From IMG/VR virus record IMGVR_UViG_3300045988_027176, positions 1-41,559 of that record: 41,559 nucleotides of DNA, one strand, 5' to 3'. Numbering within the stretch: the first letter of the stretch is position 1; every line of letters begins with the position of its first letter. Source of the stretch: a virus. A program made the position numbers and the translations under genes. Positions 1-5,697 of the stretch are shown piece after piece. The notes under the pieces were generated by a model. It worked only from the letters and a program-made list of their open reading frames with translations. It had not been told where the DNA came from and did not search any database.

Positions 1-55
1 CAGAAAACGGCGACATCTTTTTTGAACTTGTTTGGCTATAAAGAACCTTAACACC
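1..55. repeat. 55-bp terminal direct repeat, copy 1 (identical to 41505-41559)
   Basis: Read directly: cagaaaacggcgacatcttttttgaacttgtttggctataaagaaccttaacacc is present at both ends. It includes the last 41 nt and stop codon of the integrase ORF. Confidence 0.95.
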
Positions 56-79
56 TGTTATGGTATAATATAGCTAAAC

Positions 80-102
80 AGGGGATGCACTATGCATCCC
101 CT
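80..102. terminator. Perfect 10-bp stem hairpin at the convergent ends of int and the ArdC-like gene
   Basis: aggggatgca-cta-tgcatcccct. The loop is the stop codon of the 90-938 ORF. There is no long U run on either side, so terminator function is only suggested. Confidence 0.4.
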
Positions 103-938
103 AAAATATAGTTTACTGCTTTTTCAGCTTTGCCAGCGGCAGAGATTATCATAGTTGGATCATTTTTTAGAACTTGCATCCAACCTTGAAGATATGCAGC
201 GCTATTTCGGAAAGAAGCTCTTGTTTCTATCCCTACATAGGCAACAAGGTTTGCCGCGCCGAGCTCCGCTACAAGCTCTTCTTTGCTGTAGTCATCGCTT
301 CCAAAAGCCGCTGCGCCAGAACCGCAAGCAAAGCGATCAAGCCTTGTTTTATGCCCGGTAGAATGTGCCATCTCGTGAAAGGCTGTCGAGTAATACAATG
401 CATCATTAGGGAATTGTTCAATCTTCGGAATGACGATTGCATCACGTGACGGGCTGTAAAACGCTTCGTCGGACAGATTATCGCGGATCAGCTTTACGCC
501 CTCGCGCTCAACATAAGCGGTAATGATGTCCTCGGCCTCCGATACCGGGTTTGCGTGCTTTTGGAGTTCGGGAGGATATTTGATTTTGATATTCTCGCAA
601 TCTTCGACATTGAACACGGTGTAGTATCTAAGCATCGGTACGATCTTTTCTGTTGGCTCTCCGCTCTCGTCCGTCAAGCTCGTTGTCACCTGTTTCCAGA
701 AAACAACCGGGCGGCCTTTAGAGCCTTTCTTCAAATGGCCCTTTTCAGCTTTGATCTGATTCATCGTCACCCACTCGCCCGCGCAACCAAGAATTAACTG
801 GTTAAGCAGGCTGTACGGCTTGCCGGTGGTGTGGGAAACAGCACCAACGCCCGTCCAAGGCTTGTCCCACGGGATGACGCCCTTTTCCATTTCCTCAATC
901 AGGCGGTCAGTTATCAACGCGCAAATTTTCTTGTTCAT
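90..938 (-). CDS. ardC: ArdC-like antirestriction protein (N-terminal ssDNA-binding DUF1738-type domain plus C-terminal zincin metalloprotease)
   Basis: 282 aa. The N-terminus (LIEEMEKGVIPWDKPW...) is typical of the ArdC N domain. There is a C-terminal HExxH motif (FHEMAHSTGH). ATGA overlap with the upstream small ORF. Confidence 0.7.
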   Translation of the reverse strand: MNKKICALITDRLIEEMEKGVIPWDKPWTGVGAVSHTTGKPYSLLNQLILGCAGEWVTMNQIKAEKGHLKKGSKGRPVVFWKQVTTSLTDESGEPTEKIVPMLRYYTVFNVEDCENIKIKYPPELQKHANPVSEAEDIITAYVEREGVKLIRDNLSDEAFYSPSRDAIVIPKIEQFPNDALYYSTAFHEMAHSTGHKTRLDRFACGSGAAAFGSDDYSKEELVAELGAANLVAYVGIETRASFRNSAAYLQGWMQVLKNDPTMIISAAGKAEKAVNYILGDA

Positions 939-1084
939 ACAATCGCCTCCTCCGCCGTCTGGTAGATGAATTCATACTCGGCATTGGAAATGCTGTCGTC
1001 ATTCGCGGCAAAAGACACAATATACCGAAGCGTGTCAATGCTGTCAGCCGCTGCGATCAAATTGATGTACTCGCTTACGCACAT
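935..1084 (-). CDS. Hypothetical small protein (49 aa), translationally coupled to the ArdC-like gene
   Basis: My translation: MCVSEYINLIAAADSIDTLRYIVSFAANDDSISNAEYEFIYQTAEEAIV. RBS aaaggagaaaaaac lies before the ATG. Its stop overlaps the ardC ATG (ATGA). Too short for the ORF track. Confidence 0.5.
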   Translation of the reverse strand: MCVSEYINLIAAADSIDTLRYIVSFAANDDSISNAEYEFIYQTAEEAIV

Positions 1085-1124
1085 AGTTTTTTCTCCTTTA
1101 CATTTGCGCCTTGCCGTGTTAAGG

Positions 1125-1162
1125 TAGAAAAGGAAAGGGGCTTTGGCAAGGCTCTAAGCCCC
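1125..1162 (-). terminator. Terminator-like hairpin between the 38-aa ORF and the ArdC operon
   Basis: On the minus strand: GGGGCUU-12 nt-AAGCCCC followed by UUUCCUUUUCU. Confidence 0.4.
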
Positions 1163-1211
1163 ATCCTGTGGCTTTCGGTGAGCGGCTTTAGCTGGGGCGC
1201 TCACCGATTTT

Positions 1212-1328
1212 TTAATGCTTCTGCATGATACGCTTAACGCGCTCTCGCAGCTCTTCGAGCGAATCGCAAGTTTCGATCAGCTCAAGAATCGCTCTGAGCA
1301 ACGCTTCCGTGACGTTCACGTCAGGCAT
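1212..1328 (-). CDS. Hypothetical small protein (38 aa)
   Basis: My translation: MPDVNVTEALLRAILELIETCDSLEELRERVKRIMQKH. Strong RBS gaaaggaagtgagg. First ORF downstream of the promoter at 1378-1406. Confidence 0.5.
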   Translation of the reverse strand: MPDVNVTEALLRAILELIETCDSLEELRERVKRIMQKH

Positions 1329-1361
1329 GTCCTCACTTCCTTTCGTAAAAGGCTTTCGCCC

Positions 1362-1411
1362 TTGCCTTACAGTTGTAGTTATAAACTATATAGTTTAGAA
1401 TGTCAACTGTT
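1362..1411 (-). promoter_or_regulatory. Promoter/operator cassette copy 1 (-35 TTGACA 1401-1406, 17-nt spacer, -10 TATAAC 1378-1383)
   Basis: Minus strand reads aACAGTTGACAttctaaactatatagttTATAACtaCAACTGTaag. Inverted repeats ACAGTTG/CAACTGT bracket the promoter, and a perfect 14-bp palindrome AAACTATATAGTTT fills the spacer. 46 of 50 positions are identical to 27094-27143. AT-rich UP-like region upstream. Confidence 0.7.
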
Positions 1412-1486
1412 TAATTGAATTTTCTTGCAAAAATTTATAACATTTTCGACATGCTCAATGAAGCACGCGGTTGATTTTATAAAGCA

Positions 1487-1514
1487 AAGAGGAGGGCCTT
1501 TCAGCCCTCCTCTT
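1487..1514 (-). terminator. Rho-independent terminator after the RHH gene
   Basis: 11-bp perfect stem aagaggagggc/gccctcctctt. On the minus strand it is followed by UUGCUUUAUAAAAU. The stop codon lies in the loop. Confidence 0.6.
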
Positions 1515-1641
1515 TTAATGCCTTGATGATTATGTTTTCGATGTAATTTGTCAGTGTCCGGTTCTCCGCATCGGCGGCTTTTTGCAACTTTTCTTTCATC
1601 TCCGGTGTGAGGCGGAGATTGACGCGCTCTGTCTTTGCCAT
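1501..1641 (-). CDS. Ribbon-helix-helix (CopG/Arc-like) DNA-binding protein, 46 aa
   Basis: My translation: MAKTERVNLRLTPEMKEKLQKAADAENRTLTNYIENIIIKALKEEG. The strand-helix-helix pattern (RVNLRLTPE... then NYIENII) is classic RHH. Its start overlaps the upstream stop (TAATG). Confidence 0.7.
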   Translation of the reverse strand: MAKTERVNLRLTPEMKEKLQKAADAENRTLTNYIENIIIKALKEEG

Positions 1642-1973
1642 TATTTTGCCTCTGAACTGTCGAAGCAACCCTCGGTAGACCCGGCGCAGCCATAGGCTTT
1701 CCAGTCAATCGGGAGGTCTTCGTCAGCAATGCTCTGGTCGAGGTCTTCGCGATCCACGCGGAAGACCCAGATGTGCCGCTGCTTGCGCTCGCGCTCTGTG
1801 AGGTAGTGCCACTGCTCGCGGGCGTCGTCGTTCGCCTCTTCCAGAGTGCGGAAAGCCTTTTCAAATACGTCCGGGTGCCCGCCCGCGCCGTAGATCGGTT
1901 CATCCTGAACAAGGTAAACGTGGTCAAGCTCTGCCCAATCGTGGGCGTTCTCTTTCGTGAACTCGTTTTTCAT
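1641..1973 (-). CDS. Hypothetical acidic protein, 110 aa (start MKNEFTK)
   Basis: RBS aaaggaaaaacaacc before the ATG at 1973. By my count 27 D/E against 13 K/R. It has its own consensus promoter, and an RHH gene follows immediately. Confidence 0.6.
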   Translation of the reverse strand: MKNEFTKENAHDWAELDHVYLVQDEPIYGAGGHPDVFEKAFRTLEEANDDAREQWHYLTERERKQRHIWVFRVDREDLDQSIADEDLPIDWKAYGCAGSTEGCFDSSEAK

Positions 1974-2021
1974 GGTTGTTTTTCCTTTCTTCGGGCGTTC
2001 ATCTCTTGCCCTTATGGTTGC

Positions 2022-2050
2022 ATTGTAAACCAATGTACATACAGTGTCAA
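2022..2050 (-). promoter_or_regulatory. Consensus sigma-70-type promoter (TTGACA-17-TACAAT) for the acidic-protein/RHH operon
   Basis: Minus strand: TTGACActgtatgtacattggttTACAAT. The spacer contains the palindrome ATGTACAT. Confidence 0.65.
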
Positions 2051-2071
2051 CAAAAATTTGAAGAACTGAAA

Positions 2072-2098
2072 GAAGCGCCAGAAATTCCCCGGCGCTTC
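2072..2098 (-). terminator. Terminator closing the post-lysis cassette
   Basis: 8-bp stem gaagcgcc/ggcgcttc. On the minus strand it is followed by UUUCAGUUCUUC. Confidence 0.5.
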
Positions 2099-2117
2099 CT
2101 GCTAATTGAAAAAAATG

Positions 2118-2672
2118 TCATTCGACGATACACTCGTAATACCGCACGAGCTTATCTTCGTCCGCGTCCTTATCGCAAAGAAACGCTTCGGCAAGGTCTG
2201 CGTAGAACTCCGTGTTGTTGACGTTGAATTTCTTTGCCACCTTGAAGTAGTCCGAGTACAGCATGTTCATGGCGACATAGAACTCCATCGGATCACAGTC
2301 TATTTTCTTCTGTTCAAGAAGATTCTTGGTCTGGTCATAGCTCCAATGCGCGCCCCTGCTGCCGTCCTCATTCTCAAGGCCACGCATCCACTCGTCCGCC
2401 ATTTCGCGGGTCATGCGGTCGTACACTCCGGCATAGCCGCGGTCGTACTCGCCGCCGTAGCTCTCTCCCATACGAGGCTCGTAGGAGAATCCGATTCGTC
2501 GGCGGTCGTCGTAGTAGTCCGTGTATTCGTCGCGGTATTCGTTGCGCGGGGCATAGCGCCCGTTGTTGTAATGCTCGCGGCCTCGGCTGTCGCGGTATCT
2601 GTCCTGCGGCTCGTAGTCACGGTTATTCTGTGTCTGGTAGTCTCGGATGCGTCTGATTCTGTCCGCTCTCAT
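2118..2672 (-). CDS. Hypothetical protein with an R/D/Y-rich low-complexity N-terminal half and a globular C-terminal domain
   Basis: 184 aa. The first ~90 aa are dominated by R, D, Y, E and N (RDYQTQNNRDYEPQDRYRDSRGREHYNNGRYAPRNEYRDEYTDYYDDRRR). ATGA overlap with the upstream gene. Confidence 0.6.
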   Translation of the reverse strand: MRADRIRRIRDYQTQNNRDYEPQDRYRDSRGREHYNNGRYAPRNEYRDEYTDYYDDRRRIGFSYEPRMGESYGGEYDRGYAGVYDRMTREMADEWMRGLENEDGSRGAHWSYDQTKNLLEQKKIDCDPMEFYVAMNMLYSDYFKVAKKFNVNNTEFYADLAEAFLCDKDADEDKLVRYYECIVE

Positions 2673-3058
2673 GTCGCTGCTCCTGTCTCCGCGTTAATAG
2701 CGGTAAGATCATTGCTCGGCGAGCAGCACGGCTTCCCGATCATTCGGAACGTGCCGCCCGTGGCGTTGGTGACTACAATCGTGCTGTACTTCGTCCGCGT
2801 CCGCACACCACATGCAGTTACGGGAGCGCAACAACGATTCGTCAGCGGGAACTGCGCCGTTCCCGCGCCGATGGTAAACACGACAGGCGCGTTAATCGTC
2901 GCCGTCGTTGGGATGCTCTGCGCCAGAACGATACAGTATTTTTCACCGTTGGAGTAGTTGCCATCTGGAAGATTGACAACCAGATTCCCGCCGGTAAACG
3001 TGATCGACTGGCTAAGGATCAGCCTTTTGCAAAGCTGACATACAGGTTTGCAAGCCAT
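2669..3058 (-). CDS. Hypothetical Cys-rich protein, 129 aa
   Basis: RBS aaaggagttaaaa. Cysteine clusters at both ends (MACKPVCQLCK..., ...RCCAPVTACG..., ...GKPCCSPS). No family recognised. Confidence 0.6.
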   Translation of the reverse strand: MACKPVCQLCKRLILSQSITFTGGNLVVNLPDGNYSNGEKYCIVLAQSIPTTATINAPVVFTIGAGTAQFPLTNRCCAPVTACGVRTRTKYSTIVVTNATGGTFRMIGKPCCSPSNDLTAINAETGAAT

Positions 3059-3103
3059 TTTTAACTCCTTTCAGGGGCGGGATGTCCCGCCCCGATCACA
3101 TTT

Positions 3104-3814
3104 TCAGCACCCGCAACAGGTGTTCTGGTTGCAGCAGTAAGGGTTCTGCACCTGATACGCGGGAACGGGGGACGGGCGCAGCGCGTTAATGAGCGTCGCG
3201 TTCTGGGCGCTCTGGGACGCGGCCAGACGCAGCGCCTGATTATCCGCTTCAAGGCTCTGAATCTTGCTCTGCGTGAGGAAATCGAGGATAGCGCGGGTTC
3301 CGGCGTTCTGGTTGTCCGTGATGTCACGGGCAACATTCTGGATGGTGTTCCGGGTATCGCACGCCTGCGTCGCCATGTCATAGCGAACCTGTGCGATAGC
3401 CTGCCGATTCTCGCAGCAGCAGTTCTGGTTCTGCATCTGCATGGCGTTGAGCTGCTGCATGAGCGCCGCCTGCTGATTGCATCGGGCAAGCTCCGCCGCA
3501 GAGAATCCGCTCGTCACGGCCTGCGTCACACCAGCAAAGCCGTTAAGCATTCCGGTATTCATCGCGTAGAAGCCGTCACAAACGCCATTGTTCACCGCGT
3601 CGATCTTGCGCTCAATGTTCGCAAAGTCGGAGGTGAGAACATAGCCATCAACTACACCGCCGGAATTGCCGCTGCCAAAGCCGTAGCCGCCGTTCCCCCA
3701 GCCGAAAATCAGCGCAAAGATGATGATTGCCCACCAACCGTCGCCGCCGAAAAGACCGCTTCGGTTATTGTCGCCCTGTCCGGCAAGGAAGCCGTTCATA
3801 AAATCGTCTGCCAT
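3104..3814 (-). CDS. Hypothetical membrane protein: Gly-rich TM N-terminus, long Q/N-rich helical region, C-terminal CCNQNTCCGC
   Basis: I place the start at MADDFMNG (ATG 3814, RBS taggag plus 9 nt) rather than the track start at 3868. TM segment WWAIIIFALIFGW, internal CCC, and a terminal Cys cluster. Confidence 0.6.
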   Translation of the reverse strand: MADDFMNGFLAGQGDNNRSGLFGGDGWWAIIIFALIFGWGNGGYGFGSGNSGGVVDGYVLTSDFANIERKIDAVNNGVCDGFYAMNTGMLNGFAGVTQAVTSGFSAAELARCNQQAALMQQLNAMQMQNQNCCCENRQAIAQVRYDMATQACDTRNTIQNVARDITDNQNAGTRAILDFLTQSKIQSLEADNQALRLAASQSAQNATLINALRPSPVPAYQVQNPYCCNQNTCCGC

Positions 3815-3822
3815 AGAAAAAA

Positions 3823-3911
3823 CTCCTATCAGTTTATTTACATCCGGGCGCGCGCCTCCCGGCTGCATTCGAGAAGCGGCTTTTTGTCAAGATGCCGTAA
3901 ACTGATAGGAG
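3823..3911 (-). promoter_or_regulatory. Structured intergenic RNA element: 14-bp perfect inverted repeat that pairs with the RBS of the 3104-3814 gene
   Basis: ctcctatcagttta (3823-3836) is the exact reverse complement of taaactgataggag (3898-3911). An inner GC hairpin (ccggg...cccgg) lies between them. In the mRNA the 3' arm contains the AGGAG Shine-Dalgarno and is followed by UUUUUUCU-AUG. Confidence 0.6.
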
Positions 3912-3916
3912 AGTGT

Positions 3917-4141
3917 TTATTTAAGCCCTAATCCTCGGGCGATTTCGTCCACAGTCGTTCCGCGTTCCTTCGCCATGTTCTCCGCCATCTGCCGGAGCTG
4001 GTCGGGCGTCTTTCCCTGTACCATCTGCAAAGCCTGTTGCGCCCGCGGATTGCGTCCAGCCATCTGCTGCATTAGCGTCATCGGGTTTCCGCCGGTACGG
4101 GCGAGGTTAATTAAATTGAAAATCGGATTATTCGTCATCAT
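3917..4141 (-). CDS. Hypothetical protein, 74 aa
   Basis: ORF overlapping the upstream gene by 14 nt. Q/M-rich helical sequence. No family recognised. Confidence 0.5.
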   Translation of the reverse strand: MMTNNPIFNLINLARTGGNPMTLMQQMAGRNPRAQQALQMVQGKTPDQLRQMAENMAKERGTTVDEIARGLGLK

Positions 4142-4481
4142 CTTCTACCCTCCGGCGCTTTTTGGCGGTCAGCTCCGCCCGTAGCGCGTCAAGGTCGGCT
4201 TTTGTGGCGTACTCTACCGCTGGGGCTTGTTCAGGCGTGAACAGTTTGAAATCAAAGAAATCCGATGCACCCGTCTGCTGGTTGAAGCGTTTCAGGTAGA
4301 TCATTCCGTGCCCAATGTCCGGCATGACGACACCGAGAGAAAAGTAGTCCGTGCTTGTGGCAATAGCCTCTTCGCGGCTCGTGACCGGCTTGCAGACGTA
4401 TCCGGGAGCAATCTGCTGCATGGGCTGCTGTCTCTGATATCCGCCGTAAAACTGCTGTGGCTGCTGGTAGTAGTTTTCCAT
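4128..4481 (-). CDS. Hypothetical protein with a Q/Y-rich N-terminus, 117 aa
   Basis: RBS gaaaggacgtgaagca. N-terminus MENYYQQPQQFYGGYQRQQPMQQ. First gene after the terminator at 4514-4547. Confidence 0.55.
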   Translation of the reverse strand: MENYYQQPQQFYGGYQRQQPMQQIAPGYVCKPVTSREEAIATSTDYFSLGVVMPDIGHGMIYLKRFNQQTGASDFFDFKLFTPEQAPAVEYATKADLDALRAELTAKKRRRVEDDDE

Positions 4482-4513
4482 TGCTTCACGTCCTTTCTGC
4501 CCCCATTGTCACA

Positions 4514-4547
4514 TAAAAAAAGAGGGCTAACCCATCGGTTAGCCCTC
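4514..4547 (-). terminator. Rho-independent terminator at the end of the late/lysis operon
   Basis: 10-bp perfect stem gagggctaac/gttagccctc. On the minus strand it is followed by UUUUUUUAU. Confidence 0.75.
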
Positions 4548-4567
4548 AATAATCCATCAATAATCCA

Positions 4568-4831
4568 TCATTCGATTGCAGCGGCGATCTTGTCCTTAAT
4601 CGCCCGTATACGGCGCTCAACTTTCTCTGTGCCGTACAGTTCCGTGTCCGTCTGCATGGCGAAGGAGATTTGCAAAACGCTCATGCCCTTTGCCCGCAGA
4701 CGGAAGATTTTTAATTCCTCATCGGTAAAGCCGCAGTCCCGCTCAAACTGTTCGCGCAGCTCTCGCGGGAATTGCAGCTTATTCTTTGTCCCCGGCGTTG
4801 TTAAACTCCGTAGGATGCTCTCTGTCGTCAT
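4568..4831 (-). CDS. Small sigma-70 region-4/LuxR-like HTH protein, 87 aa
   Basis: The segment FTDEELKIFRLRAKGMSVLQISFAMQ... resembles a region-4-type HTH. Last gene before the terminator. Confidence 0.4.
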   Translation of the reverse strand: MTTESILRSLTTPGTKNKLQFPRELREQFERDCGFTDEELKIFRLRAKGMSVLQISFAMQTDTELYGTEKVERRIRAIKDKIAAAIE

Positions 4832-4968
4832 CGGCTACACTCTCCATATATGCGTTAAAAAGTGTCTCTGAGAGGCTTTCAGACGCCTCCACGCCATTGA
4901 TGCGGCAGAACGTTTTTACGGATTCTTTCATCTTTCCGTAGTGTCGGTTTACAAAGTTTTTGTTGCCG

Positions 4969-5289
4969 TCAGGCGGCTTTGAACTTATCGTTCATTTCCT
5001 TAACGGCGGCTTCGAGAAGCACCTTAAGCTCGTCCTCCGTGGTTTTGATGCCCTTCTGTTCGAGTATGGAGGCGGCAACGGCCATGGCGCGGGACAGTTT
5101 CTCGTCGCCGTGGATATCCTTATACACCTGTTCAATGTACGCAACGGTAGTTGCCGCTACCTTGCGCTTGGTATCGGTGTTGACATACTTCTCGTACAGC
5201 TTCGCGGCGTAAGACGCAGCAATGCCGCAGACGGCGAGGATGATGTACTTGATGATTTCCATGCAGTAGGTAGTGATAATCTCGTTCAT
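4969..5289 (-). CDS. Holin (LL-H-like family)
   Basis: 106 aa. N-terminal TM helix (IIKYIILAVCGIAASYAA) then an amphipathic helical tail with the ...IEQVYKD...KL..A pattern typical of LL-H holins. It lies one gene (5302-5688) downstream of the endolysin. Confidence 0.6.
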   Translation of the reverse strand: MNEIITTYCMEIIKYIILAVCGIAASYAAKLYEKYVNTDTKRKVAATTVAYIEQVYKDIHGDEKLSRAMAVAASILEQKGIKTTEDELKVLLEAAVKEMNDKFKAA

Positions 5290-5301
5290 TGCAAATTCTC
5301 C

Positions 5302-5688
5302 TTACTTCAAAAAATCGTTTTTCTTTAGATGTCCCGCGTAGACGCTGTTAAGATGCTGAATGGTGTTTGCGGCGCGGTTGTTTTCGTATAGCGGGTGGCC
5401 GGAGCAATAGTCCTCGTATCGGTCAACGTCCCGAAGAACGTCAGCCCAATGCTCGGCGGTGTGAAGAACACCCTGCCGCACCTCATCGCCGAAGCGGAGG
5501 ATGCGGCTTCGCGCCTCGTCAGCACGACACGCGGCGTCGTCCTCAATGTGCTTTACGAGCTTACCGTCTAAGGCGTCCAAACGCTTCACAATCTCGCTTT
5601 TGTTCTTACGGTTGGCGAGGATCAGCGAGAAGATGCCCGCAACGGCAGCCCCGCCGCATGCGGTGATGATTGCCTTTATGATTTCCAT
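5302..5688 (-). CDS. Membrane-anchored lysis-cassette protein (possible second holin or lysis regulator)
   Basis: 128 aa. A single N-terminal TM (AIITACGGAAVAGIFSLILA) plus a soluble domain. Sits between the endolysin and the holin. Confidence 0.4.
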   Translation of the reverse strand: MEIIKAIITACGGAAVAGIFSLILANRKNKSEIVKRLDALDGKLVKHIEDDAACRADEARSRILRFGDEVRQGVLHTAEHWADVLRDVDRYEDYCSGHPLYENNRAANTIQHLNSVYAGHLKKNDFLK

Positions 5689-5697
5689 TTATTTCTC

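Noticed and set aside
1-55. The 55-bp terminal repeat as a biological direct terminal repeat or an att duplication.
   Set aside because: The repeat runs through the last 41 nt and the stop codon of the integrase ORF, and its length is typical of an assembler k-mer. The simplest reading is a circular-assembly overlap. It says nothing about the physical genome ends.
1501-1973. A classical type II toxin-antitoxin reading of the 110-aa/RHH pair.
   Set aside because: The RHH protein has no C-terminal toxin-binding extension. The partner is strongly acidic with no recognisable toxin fold (RelE, MazF, PIN, GNAT and the like). I kept the pair as an Acr/Aca-like candidate, with TA as a secondary possibility.
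2106-2957. 283-aa plus-strand ORF, very hydrophobic and Val/Ala-rich.
   Set aside because: It is antisense to two minus-strand genes that have good RBSs and overlap coupling. It has no RBS of its own. Its composition is what the reverse frame of GC-rich coding DNA produces.
3061-3489. 142-aa Arg-rich minus-strand ORF, and the similar 5325-5546 and 6440-6622 ORFs.
   Set aside because: They are alternative frames of well-supported genes (3104-3814, 5302-5688, endolysin). The Arg/Pro/Thr-rich composition is typical of off-frame GC-rich DNA.
4547-4568. Tandem duplication caataatccat x2 at the stop of the 4568-4831 gene.
   Set aside because: It is real in the sequence. But it is only two copies of 11 bp next to a terminator, with no evident function. 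It is most likely a slippage scar.
4779-4931. 50-codon minus-strand ORF (MKESVKTFCRINGVEASE...) between the holin and the region-4-like HTH gene.
   Set aside because: Its RBS is weak (ggaaag), and it overlaps the start of the 4568-4831 ORF by 53 nt in another frame. It might be real, but I cannot support it enough to list it as a feature.
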